Assembly: GCF_006345805.1 (NCBI RefSeq) | Contig: NW_021829923.1 | Location: forward strand, 1 to 34,684 | Origin: Octopus sinensis | Taxonomy: Eukaryota | Length of the DNA stretch: 34,684 nucleotides | Direction: 5' to 3' | Shown: piece by piece, positions 21,725 to 33,258 of the stretch | Numbering within the stretch: the first letter of the stretch is position 1 | How the letters are laid out: each line of letters starts with the position of its first letter | Translations under genes and position numbers: made by a program | The notes under the pieces: model-generated | Told to the model about the DNA's origin: nothing | Database searches by the model: none | The model's input: the letters and a program-made list of their open reading frames with translations, nothing else

Positions 21725-21989
21725 TTAAGAAAGAAAATTTTTTAGCGTTTATTTTAGAAAGCAGGAAACACTTGAAATTGCGCATGTGTTAAAGATACAT
21801 AAAAAAAAAAGAACGCTTCTACACTCTGGGTGCAGGGTGGTGTTGGCCAGGAAATGGTTGTTGATCTAAAATGGTATGCAGAATCAATGAAAAAAAAGAC
21901 ACAAGACGTTTCGGAGAGAAAAAAGAAACGCTAAGGAAAAAACCTAAAGTACATCGAAACAAGAACATTGTAATGTTTTTCTTACAATA

Positions 21990-22047
21990 ATGGTGGTGGT
22001 GGTGGTGGTGGCGGTGGCGGTGGTGGTGGTGACGACGATGATGATGA

Positions 22048-22090
<43 letters not shown>

Positions 22091-22240
22091 GTGATGGAGA
22101 TGGTGATGATGATGATGATTATAATGATAATGATACTCACGTCGAGGGCGAGGACACTGATGACAATGACGATAACGATGATGATGATGATGACGATGAC
22201 GACGACGATGGCGACGACGAGAATGACAAGGAGGAGTGGA
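21990..22240. repeat. Compound trinucleotide microsatellite (GGT)/(GAT)/(GAC)
   Basis: Directly visible; source of the His/Met/Thr-run ORFs. Confidence 0.95.
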
Positions 22241-22408
22241 AGGATATATAAAAATATATGAAGAGAAATAAACTAAGAGAAATAACTCAGCGTGGCCAAT
22301 AACATGCATTTGAACAACATTGACAAATACAGGTATACCAAATACTATACAACGTAAATTTGGGTTTATCAGAATTATCCCCGCCATTAGAGGATGTGTG
22401 ACAATTAC

Positions 22409-22516
22409 CAAATGGCAATTAAATCCAGCTCCACTTGAGAAAGGGAGATAATCTCAAGTAGTCTCCCAAAGTTCTCCAAAGTTGACATAGGATTAAAGAA
22501 AGGATAAGCATATTGT
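22409..22516 (-). other. Candidate 108-nt spliced exon, product unknown
   Basis: Branch point CTAAT plus ttcttatctccAG acceptor, GTAATT donor, one open frame QYAYPFFNPMSTLENFGRLLEIISLSQVELDLIAI; no recognised homology. Confidence 0.25.
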
Positions 22517-22689
22517 CTGGAGATAAGAAATTAGCCGTGAACTTGTGTTTCGTTCTTTTTCTCCGTTGTAACTGGATCAAGGAAGACGTGTTCTTGTCTG
22601 TCTCCTGTCCAAGCTTGATTTACGCGTTCGCCATCACAACCTCGCTGAGGCTAAGCAGCCCTTCCTGTTTGTTTTCACTGTTCTGTTTC

Positions 22690-22890
22690 TGTTACCAATT
22701 TTACCCTCCGCAAAATCACAAATTTAATTTAATTTGCTTTGCGGGAGCAACTGTTTTATCGAAAGTGTATCTTGTTAAATGCTCGAAATACGAGACTAGA
22801 AAAACAGCCAACAACTGATGAAGGGTCGTTCTTTGTGTTGTTTGTCTTGTTTTCTATTTGTGTCTTTCGCTGTTCGAAATGCATAGACAC
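22690..22890 (+). mobile_element. Penelope-like fragment (family P3, distantly like P2)
   Basis: Hairpin ctccgcaaa...tttgcgggag, then CGAAA-N26-CTGATGAaggg, T-rich run and microsatellite; same layout as 31040-31300. Confidence 0.5.
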
Positions 22891-23070
22891 CACACACACA
22901 CACACAACACACACACACACACCACACACACACACACACACACATATACTACGTATGTATGTATGCCTTCCAATAATCAGCCCACCCACGGCCACAACAA
23001 GTGCACATTAATCAACTGTCCTACCAACAATGTGTTCATGTATTTAAGGGGTTTATGTGATGAACCACAT

Positions 23071-23375
23071 GTTGTTTGTTCCTTCTCGAGCTATGCCTGG
23101 CTCATAAGAACCGGTCTCCCGGTTTCATTGGCGTATAGGCTCCCCACCTGGACAGGACACTGATCCGTCGCAGATGAGCTGCTAGATGCAGGAAGAAAGA
23201 GTGAGAGAAAGTTGTTGCGAGAGCGTCAGCAGAAGTCCGCCATTACCTGCTGCCGGAGTTGCTTGAAGCTTAGGTTTTTCGCTCATAAATACACATATCG
23301 CATCGTCTGAGATTCGAACTCGCGATCCCACTACCGTAAGTACGCTGCCCTAACTACTAGGCCATGTGCCTCCAC
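23071..23375 (-). mobile_element. tRNA-derived SINE family C with 12-bp TSD
   Basis: TSD gatgaaccacat at 23059-23070 and 23376-23387; tRNA-like head gtggaggcacatggcctagt..gggttcgaatc; (AAC)-type tail. Confidence 0.9.
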
Positions 23376-23839
23376 GATGAACCACATAACCTGTAATAAA
23401 TATGCCGCATAATATGCACATAATATGAAAAACACATTCATTTCAATATTTCTGTTAGAAAAAAATAAACTAGATAGATGCCATAACCAGGATATTTATT
23501 TTAAGGATTATGAAAGCCAAAGAACGAAATGTCGGGAATATGAACATTAAGGAGGCTATCTCAATTAATATAACTAATTCCTCTATGAACGACAGAAAAG
23601 ATACTAATTGGTTGATATACCGCTACCAATCTGCATGTGTCACCAAATTCCATCATCTTCACATAACTATATAGATCAGAACTTATCCAATTCTCTTAAA
23701 AAAAATAATTCTTAAACATGAAATATTTAAATATAAGATATTCAAATGTAAAAGTGAAACTATATTTGGGGTTGAGGCTTTTTTTACTCCTTCTGCAGAC
23801 ACACAGATATGCACACGCACACAGGCGCGCACACAAACA

Positions 23840-23847
23840 CAGACACA

Positions 23848-23918
<71 letters not shown>

Positions 23919-24046
23919 ATCATTATATGATTTACTTCGTCGATGTTCAGATCTTCCAGTCGCCTCAAGGATTATAACGAGCGAGAACTTTGAATATCAT
24001 CAGTTTCACACGAGTATTGAGTCCTTTCTGGATGCGCAAATGTATG

Positions 24047-24113
<67 letters not shown>

Positions 24114-24299
24114 ATACGTATGTAGTATACATATGTACATGTATATACGTATATATATATGTGTGTGTGTGTAAATGTATATGCATGTATATGTATGACC
24201 CACATACGCACACAAGCGCGCGCGCACACGGAGACGTACCTACGTACATACATACATGCATATATGCACACACACACTTCTGAATACACACACACACAC

Positions 24300-24345
<46 letters not shown>

Positions 24346-24503
24346 TCATGTACCAAAGCGATATTTAATCCAATTCCAACAATTCAGGAATTCAAGGCAG
24401 AAATGACAAGAACAAAAATGGGGGGAAAATGAGAAGAGAAATATTTAAAAATGATATATATATAATATATACACACACATTTTTGTGTGTGTGTGTGTGC
24501 ATA

Positions 24504-24552
<49 letters not shown>

Positions 24553-24608
24553 TATATATATGTGTGTGTGTGTATATATATATGTGTATGTATATATATA
24601 TATATGTA

Positions 24609-24692
<84 letters not shown>

Positions 24693-24700
24693 CATATATA
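23840..24700. repeat. Compound (CA)/(TA)/(TG) microsatellite region with a short unique island
   Basis: Directly visible. Confidence 0.9.
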
Positions 24701-25214
24701 AAGAAGAGTGTCATTTGTTTTGCCACCTGGCTGCCAGTCTTCTAGCTGTCAACCCGAAATTATGTTATAGTTATGTTGACACAAACCCGTTAGTGTGTTT
24801 TGTTACATGGAGCCAAACCAATATTTATCATGCAATCCTTTTTTTTAACTTTTTTTTTATAATGTTCTGTGTCTGCTTTTAATATCTTGGTGTTAGCGGT
24901 GGCGCTGTTGAATGAGGCGTGGGCGGTGGGCTGGAAGAGAGTAGTACAAAATGGCGTGGCCGTATTTAGTTCCGGCTGTTTAAGTTCAAATCCTGCTGAG
25001 GCTGGCTTTTCCTTTTCATGCATCCGGTTTCGTTAATATAAAAGTATCAGTCAGATACTAGAAACAGTTTAGTCGAGTATACCGCAACTTCTATCTACAA
25101 GTTGTATTTATTTTAGACCTGAATATTGGGCTGACGGATTTTGCAGAATCATAAGTGCGTCGGACAAAATGTAAAGTGATATTTGCTTATAGTCCTTTGC
25201 ATTCGGAACACATG

Positions 25215-25560
25215 GAATGGGAATGGAAGCACTCCGTCTGTTACGATGATGAGGGTTCCGGTTGATCCGAATCAACGGAACAGCCTGCTCGTGAAATTAA
25301 CGTGTAAGTGGCTGAGCACGTGTACCCTTAACGTAGTTCTCGGGGATATTCAGCGTGACACAGAGAGTGACAAGGCCGGCCCTTTGAAATACAGGTACAA
25401 CAGAAACAGGAAGTAAGAGTGAGAGAAAGTTGCGGTGAAAGTTGTGGAGCTTTAGGTGTTTTCGCTCAATAAACACTCACAACGCCCGGTCTGGGAATCG
25501 AAACCGCGATCCTTTGACCGCGAGTCCGCTGCCCTAACCACTGGGCCATTGTGCCTCCAC
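25215..25560 (-). mobile_element. tRNA-derived SINE family D (head shared with family C, different tail)
   Basis: Head gtggaggcacaatggcccagtggttagggcagcggactcgcggtc..ggtttcgattccc; shares the gagtgagagaaagtt block with family C. Confidence 0.8.
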
Positions 25561-26011
25561 TTTCAGAACACAAACACTACCAAAGCTGAATTTGAATTTC
25601 CTCTTCTATGATTGGTGATGAAGTATCAATCAAGTTCTGGCGTCGACATAATCAAATATACTCTCTTGAACAAAATTCGATTCCTGTATCTATGATAGAA
25701 ATTCATTTCACTATCGTTCCGACTGGGGTGGGAGCAGCGTTTCTAAAAACCACTTTTATAACAAATTCGTAGCTTTTTTGAAATAGAAAAAATAACATAC
25801 TATCTCTTACCCACCGCTCCGAACGCCGAACAAAATGTTTTATGGTATTTGTTCCAGCACTTTACATTCTAATTTCAAATCTCACCGAGGTCAGCATTGC
25901 TGTTCATCCTTTAGAGATCGACAAAATAACGTATCACTCAAATACTGGGGTCGATAGCTTTGACTAAATCCCTTCCATCAAGACTGCTGGATTTGTGTCT
26001 AAGTTAGTTTG

Positions 26012-26232
26012 TTGTTTGTTCCTTCTCGAGCCACGCCTGCCTCATAGGGCCGGTTTCCGGTTTCCTTGGCGTATAGGTTCCCCACCTAGACGGGACGCCG
26101 GTCCGTCGCAGGTGAACTGCAAGGTGCAGGAGGAAAGAGTGAGAGAAAGTTGTGGCAAAAGAGTCAGCAGAAGTTCGCCATTACCTTCTGCCGGAGCCGC
26201 ATGGAGATTAGGTGTTTCGCTCATAAACACAC
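26012..26232 (-). mobile_element. SINE family C, head-truncated
   Basis: Aligns with 23071-23300. Confidence 0.85.
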
Positions 26233-26258
26233 ACATCACCCGGTTTGATAAAAAAAAT

Positions 26259-26440
26259 GTTCCTTCTCGAGCTATGTCAGGCTCATAAGGGCCGGTTTCC
26301 CGGTTTCAGTGACATAGAAATTCCCCACATGGACGGGACGTCGGTCCGTCACAGGATTACTCATTTTCGCCAGCTGAGTAGACTGGAGCAACGTGAAAAT
26401 GACTGGAGCATCGTCCGGTCCAGGAATCGAAACCGCAATC
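26259..26440 (-). mobile_element. SINE family C-related variant
   Basis: Tail ccttctcgagct..ggctcataagggccggtttccc followed by cagctgagtagactggagcaacgtgaaa core. Confidence 0.7.
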
Positions 26441-26444
26441 TTAC

Positions 26445-26601
26445 ATCGACCCCAGTGATCAACCGGTACTTTATTTTATCGATCCGGAAAGAATGAAAGG
26501 TAAAAATCGACCTCAGCAAAATTTGAACACAGAACGTAAAGACGGACGAAATGCTGCTAAGCATTTTTCGCACCGTGCTAACGATTCTGCCAGCTCGCCA
26601 C
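26445..26601 (-). mobile_element. SINE family B 5' module
   Basis: Ends in gctaacgattctgccagctcgcc, the reverse complement of the family B head. Confidence 0.8.
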
Positions 26602-26744
26602 CCTTAAGAAGAGACAATACTGGAGTGCAGCAGGTTCGTTCGGAAGATTGCTTCGTCCAGACATTGAAAGTGCATTGCATGTACGGTCTCGTGTCAGAGT
26701 GCTCCGATCTTTCAGTCCTTGACAAAAACACTCACATATTAAAT

Positions 26745-27128
26745 AGGAGGGCTGTGTGGTAAGTAGCTTGCTAAACAACCACATGGTTCCGGGTTCAGTC
26801 CCACTGCGTGGCATCTTGGGCAAGTGTCTTCTGCTATAGCCCCGGCCGACCAATGCTTTGAGGGATTTGGTAGACGGAAACTGAAAGAAGCCTGTCGTAT
26901 ATATGTATATATAATATATGTATGTGTGTGTGTTTGTCCCCCTAGCATTGCTTGACAACCGATGCTGGTGTGTTTACGTTCCCGTCACTTAGCGGTTCGG
27001 CAAAAGAGACCGATAGAATAAGTACTGGGCTTACAAAGAATAAGTGCTGGGGTCGATTTGCTCGACTAAAGGCGGTGCTCCAGCATGGCCGCAGTCAAAT
27101 GACTGAAACAAGTAAAAGAGTAAAAGAG
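26745..27128 (+). mobile_element. SINE family A, full length
   Basis: Closest to the family consensus among the copies in the window. Confidence 0.9.
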
Positions 27129-27700
27129 TATCACAAAACGTATTATATAATTTATAAGAAAAGAATTGACGCGATACGAAACCGCGATACGAAACCGCGA
27201 TATTATATCTACCGAATATGTTTTTGTTTAATTGAATCCGTGAGACAACGCCCAAACGTAAAATACATTTAGTCTCGTTGTGGATTTTTCACCTGGTTAT
27301 TTTTTTTCTCTCCTTTTGTTAGTCCCTTTATATTATTTTTTTCCTCTTGTGTTCAAAGCATGCATAATGTGAATCTAGTGGATTATAGTATGTATGGACT
27401 TTGGGAAGGAGGTGCGAGGCAAAGCTTTTATATCTCACCAGTTCGCTCTACTTGGAATTCTATTCATTGCTAAAAAACCAATGTGTCAACAACAAGCAAA
27501 ATAAAATGATTTAAAAAAAAAAGCCCATCAGCTGTTTAAACAGGTGATATGACATAATGGTTTACCGCGAGACCACTGAACACATAGGTGTGTTCCTATG
27601 TGTCTTTCTGTTGTGTGTATCTCGTGTGTGTGTGTGTATGTGTGTGTGTGTCGGTGTGAGTATCTGTGTATGTGTATGTCTGTATGTATGTATATGTAAG

Positions 27701-27757
<57 letters not shown>

Positions 27758-28050
27758 GCGCAGGCGTGTAAGAAGCTTGCTTACCAACCACATGTTTCCG
27801 GGTTCGGTCCCACTGCGTGGCACCATGGGCTAGTTTCTCGAATTGAAATAAAACTGCCATTAAACTGTAAAACATTCCGGAGAAGATGTCTGATTATTAA
27901 CAGGTAGAAATTTATGATTTCAAACTGTATAAACTTACAGAAGTCATTACAATCTACTTTGCAGATGACTTGATAAGAAATACAGTATTTTTCCAAGAGG
28001 GAAAGGAAGTGACTTATTTCAAGTAAAAAATCTATGAAATTTTAGATATT

Positions 28051-28280
28051 TTTACTCTTTTACTCTATTACTCGTTTCAGTCATTTGACTGTGGCCATGC
28101 TGGAGCACCGCCTTTAGTCGAGAAAATCGACCCCAGGACTTACTTTTTTGTAAGCCTAGTACTTATTCTATCGGTCTCTTTTGCCGAACCCCTAAGTTAC
28201 GGGGACGTAAACACACCAACATCGGTTGTCAAACGGATGTTGGAAACAAACACAGACACACAAACATATACACAACACAC

Positions 28281-28316
<36 letters not shown>

Positions 28317-28480
28317 CGACGGGCTTCTTTCAGTTCCGTCTACCAAATCCACTCACAAGGTTTGGGTCGCACCCGAGGCTACAGTAGAAGACACTTGCCC
28401 AAGGTGCCACCAGTGGGACTGAACCCGGAACCATGTTGTTCGTAAGCAAGCTACTTACTACACAGCCACTCCTACGCCTA
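28051..28480 (-). mobile_element. SINE family A, full length
   Basis: Reverse complement aligns end to end with 26745-27128. Confidence 0.9.
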
Positions 28481-29149
28481 AAGAAAACTAACTTTTGGTA
28501 GGAGTTATTAATCTGCATTTGGAATATGAAAGAACTTTAATTCTTGTGTATGGCTCCCTTAATGTCATTTACTATGCTCTGTCGTCCATTTTCTATCACT
28601 TGTAAATCTATCGGAAATCTGAAATCAACGACACTATTGTTCATCATTTGCAATATCTAATTTTTAGAATACGCTAAAGACGAGTTGGTCATTGCTAGAA
28701 AGCCTCTAATTATAAGTCTGTTGAATTAAAACTAATCTGGGACAACAACACCTCCACAGACATGGAATTATTGTTGGTGTTAATTTTGTCATGTAATATG
28801 AGAAGAACGAAAATATTGAAGCAACCATTCGTGGTTATAACATCCTTAAACAGTAAAGGTGATGTTGTGAGGTTTCTATTATTGAAGGAACATTGGAGTA
28901 ACAGCGAATAGAACCGGACGTATTACTTGAATGCCGCCCATTCATATCCTGCTGGAAATCGTAGGTTATGCATTTGTGTTGAAAGCGGGAAGTTGTTACG
29001 GATGAGTGAATTCGATGCCGAGCAGCAGCACGGTCTACTGCTTTCAGTGCTGATCCAGCTATTGCTATTGTTGATGCTGTTGTTGTTTTGTTTTTTTTTT
29101 TTACTCCAAGTCAGCCCTGAAAGAGCAGAGCTATAAGCTATGATCAGAG

Positions 29150-29410
29150 AAACTCAGTGAAAGGTAGGAGAGTCCAGTTTGCTGGACATTGTTGTAGAGC
29201 TGAAAACGAGGCAATTTCTACTCTTCTGCTCTGGGAGCCATCTACTCGCAATACCAGAGGGCGCACACTCTCCTACTCTGATGTAATCTCCAGGGATACA
29301 GGTATCCAGCAACAGGACCTCCGTAATGCTATGATGGACCGTGAAGTCTGGCGTAGCATGGTAAATTGCATTGTCTCGACCACGGTCGAACACTGATGAT
29401 GATGATGATA
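29150..29410 (+). mobile_element. RTE-clade LINE 3' end
   Basis: RRVQFAGHCCRAENE..LLLWEP..RGRTLSYSDVISRDTG..DLRNAMMDREVWR matches RTE ORF C-termini; (TGA)n tail. Confidence 0.85.
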
Positions 29411-29890
29411 CTCAGAATTGTGATCAACTCGTCTTTTCTTCTGATTTTCTTTGTTTTGATTCATTCATAATGTACCACAGACTACATCTTCCAATGTGCC
29501 CTTCCTTTTTATAGTACGTGCGTGTATTACTTGAAGGAGATTGGTTTCTATGTCTAGCAGAGAATGTAACTGCGTAGTCGCAAGAAGCGAAAGTATTGCC
29601 TTCATAGCTGCATAAGTTGTTGTTGTTGTTGTTAGTGGTGGTGGTGGTGGTGGTGGTGGTGGTGGTGGTGGTGGTGTTTTGACCCAGATTTTACCTAAGT
29701 GGGCAAAGAAAGATCGATAAAATTAGTACACAAGTACATAAGCCACATCCTGCCTGCCAGGTGTAGAATAAATATGTAAGCGTTTGTCAGTAAATGTGTT
29801 TGAATGTGTGCATGTATGGATGTCTGTAGTTGTTTGTCTGTAAGCAAAGGGTAAAGAGTATATATATGCTTAGCAGCCATATTCCTGCCA

Positions 29891-30439
29891 CTCTATGTCA
29901 CGCTGGTGAGACCCATATTGGAGTATGGGATTCAAGCCTCTTCTCCTTATCTCCTCAAAGACATACAGCACCTCGAAAGAGTCCAGAGGCTGGCTACCCG
30001 CATGGTTCATGGTCTCAAAAATTTGTCCTACGAAGAAAGACTGAGGACGCTCGACCTTTGTTCTCTTGAAAAACGCCGCCGCCGTGGTGATCTCATTCTC
30101 GCCCACAACATCATAAGCGGGAAGTGTAACCTCTCGAAAGAGCTGTTCTTCACTCCTGCTCCGGAGCGTCGGCTGCGGGGTCATTCCGAAAAGCTCTACC
30201 TGCGACGATTTCATCTCAATCGAAGGAGAGGAGCTTTCTCCGTCCGGGTTGCGGATCCGTGGAACAAGCTGCCAGACGAGATGGTGAAGATGCCGACGAC
30301 CGCTTTGTTCAAAGCCTCCCTGGACCTCAAGTGGCCTGAACTCTTTACATGAACACCCCCAGTACTTAACTCCATGTCCCCCTACATGGCCTTGCTATTT
30401 GCTTTTGAGCCAAATTAACTAACTAACTAACTAACTAAC
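29891..30439 (+). mobile_element. CR1-clade LINE 3' end with uninterrupted ORF2 C-terminal frame (to 30352)
   Basis: LVRPILEYG..SPYL.KDI..LERVQRLATRMV.GLKNLSYEERL..LDL.SLEKRRRRGDL is diagnostic of CR1 ORF2; (TAAC)n tail. Confidence 0.95.
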
Positions 30440-30907
30440 ATATATATATATATAAAACATATATATATATAACATATTTGTGTATAATGATGATATCAGT
30501 TACTGATTATAATGACGCTTAGCAGAGATGATGACCCTTTTCACCAATTGTTACTATGGCGCCGAGGTCATTTTTACGGTCGCAGGTCATGCGCCACATA
30601 TCATACACACACGTGTATGTATGACTGAGCTCAACGGTCATCTGATAAGAATATAATTATATTTGTCGCCAAATAACTGGCCTTAGACTAACGAATCCCG
30701 AAATGTATACATACAGACATCTATTCATTTATCTGTCTAGATGTCTGTATACACGTGAAGATTCATGCACACACGTTTAAACATGTATCAATATCATTTA
30801 TTTTTTACTTGTTTCAGTCATTACACTGTGGCCATGCTGGGGCACCACCTTGAACAAATCTTAACCGAACAAAACAATCTCAGTACTTCTTTTTTTATAT
30901 ATATATA

Positions 30908-31390
30908 TGGACAGCAATTTTCTTTGCTCCGTTCGCCGTTCACAGAAATTAGCGTTCGTAATACTTTTTTCGTTCGGCGTTAACAGCCCTTTCCTTGTCC
31001 TATCTTTTACTGCTTATATTTTGTACTGTCGTTACTGTCCTGTTTTTGTTACCATTTTTACCCCTCTGCAAAAAGATCTCAAATTTTATTTGATTTGCTT
31101 TTCGCAGGAAGGAAAGTTTATCGAAGATACGTCTCGCCTTCACCTTCGAAACGTAGAGTAGATGAAACCATGGCGACTGAAGAAGGGGTTTTTTCCTTGT
31201 GTTATTTGTCCTGTACTCTATTTTTTTGTTGTTTAAGGAAAAATGTCCAGTTCCTGGGTTTGTTGTATATGTTTTCGTTTTTCATTGTGTTCGACGTTTT
31301 TGCTGGTGTCCTGTACTCATATATGCGTGTATATATACATGTAGAGGTAGGTACGTACATATATGTATATAATATGCATATGTTTTATTA
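30908..31390 (+). mobile_element. Penelope-like non-autonomous element (family P2)
   Basis: Homologous to 4445-4890 (-); flanked by (TA)n. Confidence 0.65.
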
Positions 31391-31432
31391 TATATATATA
31401 TATATATATATATTTATTTATTTATATATATA

Positions 31433-31472
<40 letters not shown>

Positions 31473-31830
31473 TATATTATTATATATACATATATATATA
31501 TTATACAATATATATATACATATATATATACACACACACACACGAGTTATTTCGTGTAGCAACTATGTGTTTGTGTGTGCATAGCATTCGTGAGTGTGTG
31601 TATACGTTTGGGTGTATGTTTGTGCGTGTATGTATGTGATAGATAGATATAAAAATATGCACATACACAAACACACACACACACACACATACGCACGCAC
31701 CCATACACGCACATACACACATACTTCGGCACTTCGGCTTAAGTAGTTTCGATTTAAGTCGTTCTCGATTATACGTCAGTTTTCAAAAATAAATTAGGGA
31801 AAAATAAAAATCAAGTTAAGTCATTTTATT

Positions 31831-32542
31831 CGGCTTTACGTCTGGCGGTCACAAATATTGGAGTTGTAAAATCACTAGAAAACCGTTAAAAACACATAAT
31901 GTTAATGTACAATAAATAAGAATAGAAGTCGTATTTCTTTGCTCAATATCATTTTAATTGTAAGGCGGCGAGCTGGCAGAAACGTTAGCACGCCGGGCGA
32001 AATGCGTAGCCGTATTTCGTCTGCCCTTACGTTCTGAGTTCAAATTCCGCCGAGGTCGACTATGCCTTTCATCCTTTCGAGGTTGATAAATTAAGAACCA
32101 GTTATGCACTGGGGTTGATGTAATCGTCTGAATCCGTTTGTGTGTCCTTGCTTGTCCTCTCTGTGTTTAGCCCCTTGTGGGTAGTAAAGAAATAGGTATT
32201 TCGTTTGCCGCTACGTTCTGAGTTCAAATTCCGCCGATGTCGACTTTGTCTTTCATCCTTTCGAGGTTGCTAAATTAAGTACCAGTTGCGTACTGGGGTT
32301 GATCTAATCGACTGGCTCTCTCCCCCCAAATTTCGCGTCTTGTGCCTAGAGTAGAAAAGAATATCATTTTAATTGTTTATTGCTGGGCACGAGATATGTC
32401 TCATGATGATATTATGCAAGAGATTTCTGTCTGTAGTCGAACTACAGTCGTTGATTGGTGTAATTTCTGACGGGAAGTACGTGATATTTGTCTCCAATAG
32501 AATCCTATAGAAATCGGCGGTTTGGATGCTAATGGACATGCC
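31831..32542 (+). pseudogene. Merlin / IS1016-IS1595-like transposase relic, split by a SINE
   Basis: Removing the SINE and one TSD restores RSRISLLNIILIVYCWARDMSHDDIMQEISVCSRTTVVDWCNF*REVRDICLQ*NPIEIGGLDANGH, matching the Merlin motif T(I/V)VDWxNFxREVC..IGG; YVWR near 31837. Confidence 0.7.
31962..32359 (+). mobile_element. SINE family B, full length, 17-bp TSD
   Basis: TSD aatatcattttaattgt at 31945-31961 and 32360-32376; tRNA-like head ggcggcgagctggcagaa..gagttcaaattcc. Confidence 0.95.
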
Positions 32543-32908
32543 TAAAGAAATGGTATAACTGTTGGAAATCTAACAAGTAAGTCATTATGAACCAGATTTT
32601 CATACAAGTAAAATGAAACAGACACATTGACATGTACCTCGTATCTGTCGGTTACCGAGAGAATGCGTTACTAGTTACATTCTTCAGATCTTGTCGGGTT
32701 GATCTTTACGGCAGAAAGAAAAGCAAACGAAGGATCTGGCCCGCGAAAGTCGCTTCTTCGAGCGACGAAACAAGTGAGCATGAACATGTCACTGCCCAAA
32801 ATGGGATATTGGTACGAGTGCTTCATCCAAGTTTTCCGTATGCGGCAGAACAGAAATAAAAAATGTCAGAATTTACATCATATTTAACGAGTATTAACTA
32901 CTTTATAA

Positions 32909-33243
32909 GTGAAAGCGCATGGCTCAGTGGTTACAGCGTCGAACTACGACCCTGAGGTTGTAAGTTCGAATCCCGGACCGGGCTGCGTGTCGTGTTCTTG
33001 AATAAGACACTTTATTTCACGTTGCTCCAGTTTACTCAGCTGTAGAAATGAGTTGCGACGTCACTGGTGCCAAGCAGTATTGACCCTTGCCTTTCCCTTG
33101 GATAATATCGTTGGCATGGAGAGGGGAGGCTGGTATGCATGGGCGACTACTGGTCTTCCATAAACAACCTTGCCCGGACTTGTGCTTGGGAAGGTAACTT
33201 TCTAGGTGCCATCCCATGGTCATTCGAGACCGAAGGGGGTCTC
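32909..33243 (+). mobile_element. tRNA-derived SINE family E
   Basis: Box A tggctcagtgg, box B agttcgaatcc, CORE-like gtgttcttgaataagacact. Confidence 0.75.
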
Positions 33244-33258
33244 CGAACTGCTTTATAC

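Noticed and set aside
22815-22890. Type I hammerhead reading CTGATGA...CGAAA-TGCA-TA
   Set aside because: Palindromic AUGCAU is present but helix I cannot form and helix II is weak; kept only as part of the permuted-module finding
25480-25560. tRNA gene (also 23300-23375 and 32914-32985)
   Set aside because: Box A/B are present but the cloverleaf is incomplete and each continues into a SINE body; these are SINE heads
27169-27200. 13-bp tandem duplication gcgatacgaaacc x2.5
   Set aside because: Real but too short to interpret; ordinary slippage duplication
32632-32887. Short ORFs that might be further Merlin pieces or a host exon
   Set aside because: Only vague motif resemblance, in inconsistent order and orientation relative to the 32363-32542 fragment
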